Under the pieces are notes generated by a model. That model saw only the letters and a list, made by a program, of their open reading frames with translations. It made no database searches and had not been told where the DNA came from. Shown here one piece after another: positions 52,901 through 63,234 of a stretch of DNA of 64,000 nt (its first letter is position 1; every line of letters starts with the position of its first letter). Source of the stretch: Prorocentrum cordatum (taxonomy: Eukaryota); contig CAUYUJ010000202.1 of assembly GCA_963575745.1 (NCBI GenBank), forward strand, positions 1 to 64,000, in the 5' to 3' direction. Position numbers and translations under genes: made by a program.

Positions 52901-54527
52901 GGAACATGGAGAAAACACATATGAAGCCCGTACCCCCCCCAACCCGAAATTCGGGTCTTCGGGTTGGGTTGGGGGGTTTGGTAGGTAGTCATCGACTGCG
53001 GCTTGGTGCCAAGCCGCCGCGACAAACATGTTTGACGGTCTTGTGGCGGACCCGGTTTGATCATGTTTCAGGGTTCTGCTGCGCACGGTCACCAAGGAAG
53101 GCCACCCCTCGCGGGATGCGCCTGCAGGACCGTCGTCGTGGAAGCGTGCCGGGCGATCTCGGGCCAGTGCTCGCGAGCAGGAGCCCGACCCTCCCCGTGT
53201 GGACTGCGTCGGGCTCGTGGCGTCTCGGCGCGGCGGCAGCGCGGGGGTCGCAGGGGCCCCCCTTGTGGAGGACCCGCGGCAGCCTTCGGGGACGTCTGGC
53301 AACGGAGGCCAGGCCGTCGCAGGCGTGCCGTACCGGGGCGGCAACGGGGGAAAAGCGGGGCCCCAAGAGAGGACAGGTGGAGGCGTGCGGGAAGGGGGCC
53401 AGAAGGGGGCCCACTGGAGGTGCACGAATGGCGCACCTTCCCCTCCTCCCCGTTGATTGCCCCCCTCCCCCCCCGCTCCCCCCCCCTTCCCGTGTCGGCG
53501 GCGAGCCCATGGAGGGAAGTGAGAAGGGGTGGGCCTTCTCAGAAGGCTCGGAAGTCCCCTGGCCTTCCCAGAAGTTGAGCCTTCCCGTGTGATGCGGAGC
53601 ATCTGTCCGAACGCCGGGGGCCTTCTGAGAAGCCCCTCCGCTTCCTGAGAAGGCCTTCTGCTTCTCACTTCCCCCCTCGCTCACCGCCGACCGCAGACTT
53701 CCCGCTTCTCGATTTTGCCGAGGCACGGGTCCCCGACCTCGCAACGACTCCCCCGGGACCGGTTTCTCGCCCCGAGCCGTGTCCTGGCGGCCCCGACGCC
53801 CAGCAACGGGCCGCCGAGCGAGGCGCCGCACCCCCGACGCGACTTTGCCAGCACCTTCGATCTCTGGGCTCAGCAGCGCCCAGAGATCGGACGGTGCACG
53901 CGGTGGCCTCGGCGAGGCCCCTAGAGAGGCTCCCAGACGTCCCCACATATCATGTGCAGAAGGAACGGAGGAGGAGGAGGAGGTTGAGAGGAGGAGGAGG
54001 AGGAGGAGGAGGTGGAGGAGGAGGAGGAGGAGGACGAGGAGGAGGAGACCTGGCGGCCTCTCCCGCCCGGGCAGCCGGCCAGGCGCCCCGGGAGCGGGCA
54101 CCGCGCCCCTGTCGGCGCCAGCCCCTGCCCTTCCCAGCGCCGCCGCCCGAGCAAGGACCACCACAACATCTACCTCGCCATGGAGCTCGGGGGCGACCTG
54201 GGTGGGATCATGATGATGGTGATGGTGATGGTGATGGCGATGGTGATGGTGATGATGATGATGGTGATGGTGATGGTGATGGTGATGGTGATGCTGATGA
54301 TGATGGTGATGGTGATGGTGATGGTGATGATGATGGTGATGGATGATGATGCTGAGGATGATGCTGATGATGATGCTAACGATGTTGATGATGCTGACGA
54401 TGCTGATGCTGATGCTGATGCTGAAAACATGATGCTGCTGATGATGCTGATTTATGTCAGGATGTTGATGATAATGATGATGAGGATGCTTGCTACGATG
54501 CTGATGATGATGATGGTGATGATGATA

Positions 54528-54582
<55 letters not shown>

Positions 54583-54895
54583 GGCCGATTATCATGATAC
54601 TGGTGATACTGATGCTGATGCTGATGATGATGATGGTGGTGGTGGTGATGATGATGGTGGTGGTGATGATGATGTTTAGGATGATATTGCTGATGCTGAT
54701 GACGATGGTGATACGGATGATGATGACGACGGTGATGATTACCATGATGCTGGTCATAATGATGGTGATTTCAATCCTGATGGTGATAGAGATAATGTTT
54801 ATGATGCTCATGATAATGATGATCATTATTATTCTGCTGCTGATGATGCTGCTGTTGGCGATGGTGATGATAACGACGACGATGATTCTGATGAC

Positions 54896-54927
<32 letters not shown>

Positions 54928-55210
54928 CGATGATGAGGATGATGATGATGATGGTGATGATGATGATCATACTGATGCTGGTGCTGATGATGATGGTGGT
55001 GATGATGATGACGACGACGGTGATGGCAATGATGACGATAATGCTCATGACGACGGTGATGCTGGTGATGATGATGATGGTGATGATGATGCTGGTGATG
55101 CCGATGATGATGCTGCTGATGATGATGATGCTGATGATGCTGGTGATGCCGATGACGACGACGACGATGGCTATGATGATGCTGATGTTGATGATGGCGA
55201 TGATGATGGA

Positions 55211-55259
<49 letters not shown>

Positions 55260-56318
55260 CTGATAATGATGATACTTCTGATGACGATGATCACGATGAT
55301 GATTATTCTGGTGATGCTGATGCTGATGCTTGTGATGATGATGCTGATGGTAATGATGACGACCATGCCGACGATGCTGATGATGCTCATGATGATGCTG
55401 GTGATGAGGTTGGTGGTGGTGACGATGATGATGATGATGCTGGTGATCGTCATTACGATGATGTTGATGCTGGCGATGATGACGATGGCGATGGCAATGG
55501 TGATGGTGATGATGATGATGCTGATGAGGGTGGCGGTGCTAATGATGATCACTATGATGCCGACGACGATAATGATAATGAGGATGATGATGAGGAATAC
55601 TGGTGATGATGATGATGCTGATGGTGATGATGATGATGCTGATGGTGATGATAATGGTGCTGATGATTATGATGATGATGATGATGCTGATGATGATGGT
55701 GATGATGATGATGATGATGATGGTGGTGATGATGATCATGCTGGTGCTGATGATGAAGATGATGGCGATCCTGATGATGCTCATGATGATGGCGATGCTT
55801 ATTATGCCGATGATGACAACGATGATGCTGGTAATGCTGACGATGATGATTACAAGGGTGATGGTCATGATGGTGATGATGGCTGTGATGGTGATGATTA
55901 TGGTGATTGTGCTTCTGCTGATGATGATGGCGATGACGACGATAGCGATGATGCTGCTGCTGCTGATGCTGATGCTGCAGATGACGACGATGACGCTGAT
56001 GATACTGATGGTGATGACGATGTTGATGATGTTGATGCTGATGTGACTGATGATGCTGATGGTGATGATGATGATAATGATGATGGTAATGCTGATGACG
56101 TCGATGATGATGATGCGGATGCTGCTTGCGATGATGATGAACCTTCTGCTGATGATGATGGTGGTGATGACGATGACGACGATGGTGATGATGCTGACGA
56201 TGATGCTGATAATTATGGCGATGACGATGATGGCGATTGTGATTAAGATGATGATGATGATGACGATGCTGCTGATGATGATGGTGATGATCATGATGCT
56301 AGCGGTGGTGGCGATGTC

Positions 56319-56351
<33 letters not shown>

Positions 56352-56998
56352 AAGGTTGATGATGATGATGGTGCTGATGATGCTGATGATCATGCTGATG
56401 ATGCACATGATGATGACGACGATGATGATGCTGATGCTGATGATGATGATGTTGGCGATGATGATTATGATGGCGATGCGGATGATGTTGTCGAGGATGA
56501 TGACGACGATGATGATGCTGATTATGATGATGATGATGCTGATGACGATGATGATGATGATGCTGATGGCGATGTTGATTATGAGTGTGATGATGATGCT
56601 GATGATGCTGATGCTGGTGCTGATAATTTTGGATACTGATGCTGCTGCTGATGATGCTGATCATGATGAGGGATGGTTGTGATTGATGATGATGCCTGTG
56701 ATGATTGTGATACTGATGATGATGAGAATGATGACGATGCCGATGATGGTGATGAGGATGCTTCTGCTGGCGATGCTGATGAGGGTGATGATGGTGATGC
56801 TGATGATAGTGATGACGATGATAATGATGATGATGATGACGATGACGCTGATGATACTGATGGTGATGACGATGTTGATGATGTCGATGATGATGTGACT
56901 GATGATGCTGATGGTGATGATGATGATGATGGTACTGCTGATGACGGCGATGATAATGATGATGCGGATGCTGCTGGCGATGATGATGAACCTGCTGC

Positions 56999-57036
<38 letters not shown>

Positions 57037-57547
57037 GTGGTGATGACGATGACGACGATGATGATGATGATGCTGACGAGGATGCTGATAATTATGACGA
57101 TGACGATGATGGCGATGGTGATTCAGATGATGATGATGATGACGATGCTGCTGATGATGATGTTGATGATCATGATGCTAGCGATGGTGGCGATGGCGAT
57201 GATGATGATGATAATGATGATGATGCTGATGCTGATGATGGTGATGATGATGACGAAACTGATGGTGATGCTGACGATTGCGAGACTGATGGTGATGATG
57301 CTGATGCTGATGATGATGATGCAGCTGCTGCTGATGATGCTGGTGCTGATGGTGCTGATGATGATCCTGATGATGCGCATGATGATGCTGATGATGGCGA
57401 TGATGATTATGATGGCGATGCTGCTGATGATGATGATGATGATGATGATGCTGATGACGACGATGATGATGCTGATGATGATGACGATGGTGATGATGAC
57501 GATGATGATAATGATGATGCTGATGATGCTGATGATGATGATGATGC

Positions 57548-57587
<40 letters not shown>

Positions 57588-58014
57588 GATTATGAATGTG
57601 ATGATGCTGATGATGCTGATGCTGGTGCTGATAATTTAGGATACTGATGATGCTGCTCATGATGCTGATGATGATGCGGATGGTTGTGATTGTGATGATG
57701 ACGCTTGTGATGATGGTGATGATGATGAGAATGATGACGATGACGATGATGGTGATGAGGATGCTACGGCTGGCGATGCTGACGAGCATGATGATGGTGA
57801 TGTTGATGATAGTGATGACGATGCTGATGATGATGATGATGATGCTTCTGATGATGGCGATGCTGATCGTGGTGTTGATGATGATGTTGATGATGCTGGT
57901 GATGATCATGACGATGGCGATGATGATGCTGATGGTAATGATGGCGATGCTGCTGATAAGGATGATGCTTACGACGATGACGATGACGATGATCACGATG
58001 ATGTTTGGGACGAC

Positions 58015-58057
<43 letters not shown>

Positions 58058-58067
58058 ATGATGATGC

Positions 58068-58153
<86 letters not shown>

Positions 58154-60238
58154 GTGGTTGTGGTGGTGGTGGTGGTGGTGGTGATGATTGTGTTGCTGCT
58201 GGTGGTGATGACGGTGAAGGTGCTGATGGTAATGCCGATGATGCTGCTGCTGCTGATGATGCTGCTGCTGATGATGATGGTGATTCTGGTGGTGATGATG
58301 AGTATGGTGATGGTGATGGTGGTGCTGGTGATGATAATGCTTCTGATGATGATGGTGAGGAGGAGGAGGATGACGAGGAGGAGGAGGGGGAGGAGAAGGG
58401 TCATGAAGATGCCGAGGAGGATGAGGAAGAAGGAAGAGTATGAGCAAGAAGAAACAGAAGAGGAGCCATGATGAACAGCAGCAATAATACCAAGAGAACG
58501 AGCAGGAGCACCAGTGTAAGCACAAGGCGCATCAACGATGCTGCAATAAACCCTCGCACGTTTTTTTACCTTGATGAACCCCGTTGCCAGACAAGTGAGG
58601 GTCTGAGAATCCTCAGCAGTGCCAACATCGATTCTTTGGACTTCAATGTCGTGAATCAGCCTTCCTGTTGCGTCATGACAATCTTGAATCGTGCCAGAAC
58701 GCATCCCTGCCAGTTCATCACCGCGAGTCAACGTGACTGTTGCGCCCTGACAATCCGAAACCGTGCGGGAACATCATTCCCGGGACGTCAACCAGACGAA
58801 CCAATTAACTTGTAAACTTTGAAGGAGCATATACGCGGCGTTAACGCGAGAGCTACAGTATAAAAAAGAATGGTATCCATCCGTGAATCTCTTCTGCAGT
58901 TTTTAAGACGGATGTGCGCGGCGCTCCTCAGGCGAGAGCCACCTTTCGAACGTCATCCGCCCTCCATCCGTGATGCTCTTGCATGTTTTTGAGATGACTG
59001 TGCGCAGCGCTACGGCGAGAGTTCCATTATGATGACAGCCCGCCAACCATCCGTGAAACTTGTGCCAACGTTGAAGACGGTGCTAACGCGAGAGCCACAT
59101 TATGAAAAGGAGCCGCCCTACATCGGGGAAGCTCCTTGCAAACGTTTACAACGACAGTGCATGGCGCCAAAGCGAGGACCGCATATTGGAAAGGAACCGC
59201 CAACCATCCGTAAAGCTCCCGCAGTGTTTGAAGACGAAAGCGCGCGGCGCTGAGGCGAGAGCCACGTTTTGGAAACGGCCCGCCCTCCATCCGTGAAGCT
59301 CCTGTGAACTTCTAAGACGAATGGGTGCTGCGCTACGGCGCGAGCCACATGAAAAAAAATGCCCGCCCTCCATCCGTGAAACTCTTGCACACTTGGGAGG
59401 CGAATGTGCGCGGCGCTACGGCGGGAGCCGCAATTTGAAAACGGCCCGGTCACCATCTGTGAAATTCTTGCAAGCGTTTTAAGATGAATGTGTGCGGCGC
59501 TAACGCGAGGGCCAGATTTAGGAAAAGGCGACGCCCGCGATCCGTGAAGATTCAGGATCAGGAGGAGGAAGAGGATGCGGAGGAGAAGGAGGAGGAGGAT
59601 GAAGATCAGACAATCTAAGAGACGGGGGAGGGTACTGATGAGGAGATCGGCGAGGGGGCAGGAGGGAGACGAAGAGGAGGATCAACAGAGAAGCGTTAGA
59701 ATAGGACGGGGAGGAATCATAGGAGAACGAGGAAGAGGAGGAAGATGAGGAAGGGATGGATAGGCGGAGAGCGGCCACAACAACACACATGCCGCTGCTG
59801 CAGCGAACATGCCGTGTCGAACGGGGATGAGTACGGGAGGCTGAGGCTGCCCCCCTCCTCCCGCCTCGCCCTTTCCCTCCTCTCCTCCCGCCTCTTCCTC
59901 TCCTCCTCCCGCCCCCATCCTTCTCCTCCCGCCTCCTCGCCACCGCCCCCTTCCCATCCTCTTCCCCCTCCGACGACGGCGCCCCCCCCCTCCTCCGACG
60001 ACGATGCCCCGCCTCCCCGAAGCCTCTTCAAGTAATGAGGGGGGAAGGAGGAGGGGCGGGGACGGTTAGGGCATGGGGGAGGGGTGTATGTATGAGAAGG
60101 AGGAAGAGGGGGAAGAGTGACAGGGACGTGGCGGATGAACATGAGGAGAAAGGCGAGGAGCATCCCCCTTAGGAGCTGTGCGCGGGCGGGGAGCTTTTCG
60201 ACCGCATCATCGAGGCGAGCCACTTCAACGAGAAGGAG
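32969..60238 (+). CDS. CDPK: Calcium-dependent protein kinase (CDPK/CAMK-group) gene, N-terminal half of the kinase domain; 8 micro-exons, 3' incomplete
   Basis: The exons are collinear and splice in frame into kinase subdomains I-V: GEGSYG glycine loop, AIK catalytic Lys, alphaC Glu (EIAIMK), DHPNII, and hinge [14 protein letters not shown], as typical of alveolate CDPKs. EF-hands are not in the window, so CDPK versus another CAMK is an inference. Confidence 0.9.
33555..33590 (+). CDS. CDPK exon ([12 protein letters not shown]), 36 nt
   Basis: AAG|GCG acceptor, CAG|GA donor; fits the pre-kinase segment leading into DVY. Confidence 0.82.
33845..34298 (+). repeat. Degenerate (GAT)n microsatellite
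   Basis: Direct observation. Confidence 0.97.
34290..40350. repeat. Composite repeat block (family J) filling a CDPK intron; related sequence at ~41915-42160 and ~43920-45045
   Basis: Recurring GGGACGAAGTGC...CGCGCGCGCATGCCGAAATCC and GCCATGATACCGCGCCCGCCCAAGTC; near-identical blocks at ~36268 and ~37666. Confidence 0.8.
35195..36013. mobile_element. Family B copy
   Basis: CTCTTGGG arrays and end CGCCCTAAAGGGCTTGTGGGATT, matching 1261-1282. Confidence 0.7.
40793..40864 (+). CDS. CDPK exon ([24 protein letters not shown]), 72 nt
   Basis: Glycine-rich loop; AG|G acceptor, AAG|GC donor. Confidence 0.95.
41150..41805 (+). repeat. About 103-bp minisatellite, ~7 units
   Basis: GGCTCCTGGGAGGTCCAGCGGAGTGGAGTTGTAC recurs every ~103 bp. 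Confidence 0.88.
42425..42896. repeat. 472-bp near-perfect spacerless palindrome with a family H core
   Basis: The arms are reverse complements about GAG|CTC at 42660/42661. Confidence 0.95.
43708..43889. mobile_element. Tc1/mariner (Stowaway-like) MITE with TA TSD
   Basis: TA-CTCCAGATTTCGTCATAAAAGGGAGGGGG ... CCCCCTCCCTTTATTACGAAATCTGGAG-TA. Confidence 0.88.
45316..45387 (+). CDS. CDPK exon ([24 protein letters not shown]), 72 nt
   Basis: AIK motif; GAG|T acceptor, AAG|GA donor. Confidence 0.93.
45402..45599. mobile_element. MITE family C with 5-bp TSD ATGGG, 14 nt after a CDPK donor; degraded copy at ~45667-45830
   Basis: About 70-bp TIR; ATGGG at 45397-45401 and 45600-45604. Confidence 0.88.
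46071..46254. mobile_element. MITE-like element with ACCGTGCGGTGA motifs in both orientations
   Basis: Inverted termini; TSD not resolved. Confidence 0.6.
48152..48169 (+). CDS. CDPK micro-exon (EIAIMK), about 18 nt
   Basis: alphaC helix; CAG|G acceptor. The donor position is ambiguous (48168-48171). Confidence 0.85.
48370..48584. mobile_element. MITE with ~42-bp TIR
   Basis: TTTGGACGCCCGAAATGGGTACGGAAAGAATGGGTAC ... GTACCCATTCTTTCCGTACCCATTTTGGGCGTCCAAA; an extra partial TIR at ~48216. Confidence 0.85.
48665..48809. mobile_element. MITE family A, copy 4 (TSD GCATATTC/ACAGATTC)
   Basis: Same TIRs as copy 1. Confidence 0.85.
49090..49440. repeat. (TTC)n grading into (CTC)n
   Basis: Direct observation. 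Confidence 0.95.
49521..49565 (+). CDS. CDPK exon ([15 protein letters not shown]), about 45 nt
   Basis: DHPNII motif; GAG|GA donor. No AG at the expected acceptor. Confidence 0.92.
50869..51360. repeat. Two ~125-bp direct repeats (50869-50995 and 51231-51360)
   Basis: CTTGGCATCGCTCGGACGTGTGCAT ... TGGACGTCCGAGCGA; each copy has inverted ends. Confidence 0.75.
51484..51646. mobile_element. MITE family A, copy 5 (perfect TSD GCCCACGG)
   Basis: Same TIRs; TSD at 51476-51483 and 51647-51654. Confidence 0.92.
51820..51968. mobile_element. MITE family A, copy 6 (TSD ATCTAGGG/GTCTAGGG)
   Basis: Same TIRs as copy 1. Confidence 0.9.
52832..52985. mobile_element. MITE-like inverted-repeat element
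   Basis: CCAAACCACCCCAGCCCAACCCGAAG ... CTTCGGGTTGGGTTGGGGGGTTTGG. Confidence 0.65.
53512..53675. mobile_element. MITE-like inverted-repeat element
   Basis: GGGAAGTGAGAAG ... CTTCTCACTTCCC, with internal CCTTCT.AGAAG motifs. Confidence 0.6.
54156..54182 (+). CDS. CDPK micro-exon (DHHNIYLAM), 27 nt
   Basis: beta5 strand with Met gatekeeper; AAG|G acceptor, ATG|GA donor. Confidence 0.92.
54208..58355 (+). repeat. About 4.1-kb degenerate (GAT)n tract inside a CDPK intron
   Basis: Direct observation; contains an internal higher-order duplication. Confidence 0.97.
58510..59555. mobile_element. Family R, copy 4, with about 9 tandem ~83-bp units (58860-59550)
   Basis: ACCAGtgtaagcacaaggcgcatcaacgatgctgca end; CCATCCGTGAA-like motif recurs every ~74-87 bp; GAG-rich flanks on both sides. 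Confidence 0.75.
60173..60238 (+). CDS. CDPK exon ([22 protein letters not shown]), 66 nt
   Basis: GGELFDRI motif; TAG|G acceptor, GAG|GC donor (alternative GA donor after 60235). Confidence 0.93.
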
Positions 60239-60299
60239 GCCCCGCCAGTCTGGCGGCGCCGCGGCGATTCTGGCGGCGGTCGGACGTGGTTGTCGTCGA

Positions 60300-60369
<70 letters not shown>

Positions 60370-60587
60370 TCGTTCTCGTCGTCGTTCTCGTCGTCGTCGT
60401 CGTAGGTGGCGAAGACCCCGACCAGGATCCGTGAGGTAGGCCCTCCATGCTCGGACGAGGAGCCAGAGGATGGGCAGGAAAGGGGGCGATGGAGGGCGAG
60501 GAGGAGGAGGACCCGAGTAAACACAGTGTCGCAAACCACGGCGACAACGACGACGACGACGACGGCAAGGACGATGACAACGACGCG

Positions 60588-60664
<77 letters not shown>

Positions 60665-61090
60665 CGGGCGTTCTCACTGCGGGAGGCCCCCCTCGAAGGA
60701 CGAGGGCCATGTGGTCGTGCCCTTCGCCCTTCTCTGTCGGAAGGGCTCGCGAGTGGCACGGCCATGGCGTTTAGGACGTGTCCTGTGGGAGCATCGATTT
60801 TGTCGTCACTAGTTCTCCATCGATGTACAGTCCGACCGAGGTGTAAGCTCGAGGGCGGTTCGGGGAGGGTACCCAGATGTCTATCGTGTTTGTTGGGTGT
60901 TCGTGTGTATCCTGGGGGAGGGTACCCTCGAATGCTCTTAGGGTTTGGGGTGCTTTGGCTGGCGGAGGGTCTCATGTTCTTGTAGGATGTTCTTTTGGTC
61001 GGCCTAGGTCCGACTGTATGTTTTCGCACGGTTCAACCAGGTGCCAACATTGAGAAGCAATGACATACATTCGTGTATGTATGTGCACGC

Positions 61091-61135
<45 letters not shown>

Positions 61136-63234
61136 TGAACACATATACATACATGCATACGCACGCACATGTCGAGATGCGTGTACACATATAGGACAGA
61201 GGGATTGTTCGACATTGTGAGAGAGGGAGGGAGAGAGAAATAGAGAGAGAGAGAGTGAGAGAGGGCGAGGCGGGATCTACGAGCCGCGTTGGCTCTGGCT
61301 CGCGACGCCGAGTGGCTCCACCCCCGCGCCGCGCGCGCTGCCGCGGCAGGCGACGACCCGCCGCGCCGCCCCGGAGGCGCGCGCGCGGCACGCGGGTGGC
61401 GGCCCGCGCTGCCGCTGGCCTCCGTGCGGGCGCGCGCGCGCCGCGAGGCCCGGCGTCTCCCGAGGGCGGCTGAGGGCCTGGCGGGGGCAGCCGTGGCGGT
61501 CCTCGGCGCGCCCGCGGCCGCTGCTTCTGGTGATGGCGGCGGTGCAGCGCAGCCTGGTCCCCCTCCTCCTCCTCCTGCTCCTCCTCTGTCTTCTCCTCCA
61601 TCCTCCTCCTCCTCTCCTTCCTTCCCTTTTCCTCCTCCTCACTCCTCGTCGTCCTCCTCGTCGTCCTCGTCATCCTCTCCTCCTCTCCCCTCCTCCCCCT
61701 CACCCCCTCTAGCCTCCTCCTCCTCCTCCGCCCTCCCTCCTACCCCCTTCCTCCCTCCCTATCCTCCTTCCCCTGCTCCCCCCCTGCCTCCTACATCCAC
61801 CTCCTCCCTCCTCCTTCTCCTCCTCCTCCTCCTCCTCCTCCTATCCTCCCTTCCCTTCCCTGCCCTTCTCATCATCCTTCTCCCACCTCCATCCTCCTTC
61901 CCTCCTCATACTCCCTCTCCTACTCCTCTGCCTCCTCCTCCTCTTCCCTCCATGGAGAGGCGAAGGCGGGGAGGCGGCGGTGCAGCGCGGCCTGCTGCTC
62001 CCGCGTCGCCCACGCTGGGCGGACCACCCGGGCGCAGGGGGCGGCCACCTCGGCGGCGCCGTGCCCGTGGTAAGCAGGCGGCCTCTGTGCCGACCCAGCC
62101 AGGCGGTGGCAGCGTGGAGGTGGACGTCGGCGGCGGCCTCGAGGATGGTGCGCGGGCCTCCAGCTCGGCGCCCTCGGCTGCTCTTGCTACCTCCCCGGCC
62201 GCCGCGTCGATGGCCCCCGCCCGCTGCAGAGCTCGGCGCCCGTGGCCGTGGCGTCGGGGCTGAGCTGCGACGAGAAGGTTGCGGGCCGACCTGGTGGTCA
62301 TGAAGATCGCGCGCCCCTTCCGCTCCTGATGCTCGCTGGCGCCCCGGGCCTCCTCGGGACCTTGCACGGCATCCGCGGCGGCCCGCTGCAGGCGGTGGTG
62401 CAGGCCTCTCCGTGGGGGAGCGGCTGCGCCAGGGGTGTCGGCCTCAGGGTTCGGCCCCGCGCAGTATCCTCGTCGAGGTCAGCCGCCCCGGCGTGGTGAG
62501 AGATTCTGCGCAGGAGTGTCGGCATCGTGTTGCGGTTTCGTGTGGTGTCGGCTTCGGGGTGCGGCCACGGGCGCTGACCTCCATGGGGGAGGCAGTGCGT
62601 GGGGCGTCGGCCTCAGGGTGCGGCCCCATAGAAGTTTTCCTTCGGCACGGCGTTGGGGGGCAGCGCGGGGCGGGCGCGGGGGGGCTCCGCGGCCCCGCGG
62701 CGGGGATCGGCGCGTGCCGAGGCCCTTGTGGCCTTGGGACGCGTCAAACGGTGTGCGGAGAGACGGGATATTTGTGCGTGTATATATATATATATACACA
62801 CGCACACGTATGCATGTATGCATGTATGCTTGTACGTATGTGTGTTTACACAGGGGGAATGAGAGATGTATAGGTTTACCTGGTTGCGGACCCAACCTTT
62901 TCTCAACACATGACGAAATATACATACATACATACGTATACATATACATAAGGACGCATATATACATACATGGCTGTTCACTGCAAAGAAACATGTTGAA
63001 GGAACCGCAAGGCACACGAGCTCCTTGAAATACACGAACACATGCAGGTCTGTAATTAGCAAAGCAGCCCGTCGCGCTCAGCGAGGCAGGTGCACGGGGT
63101 GGCATGGCGAGCCAGAGGCAGCTGAGGATGGGGGGCCACGCGAACAAAAGACAACGCCACGCGCTGCGTGGCGCAGCGGTTCCCTGCGGACTGCGATGCG
63201 GCAGCGCCGAGCGCTGCGTGACGGGCCAGTGCTG

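Noticed and set aside
52318..53592. 424-aa ORF and other long GC-rich ORFs
   Set aside because: No recognisable domain, overlapping ORFs on both strands, spans MITEs, and lies within a CDPK intron.
1732..58731. Long poly-Met/Asp/His/Ile/Glu and HTYI-rich ORFs (e.g. 10651-12576, 24687-26618, 54012-56246)
   Set aside because: They are translations of microsatellites, open in several frames and on both strands; the last lies almost entirely in CDPK introns.
62280..62405. Next CDPK exons (LVVMKI, AVVQ)
   Set aside because: They do not fit the alphaE consensus with compatible splice sites; no HRDLKPEN exon was seen in the window.
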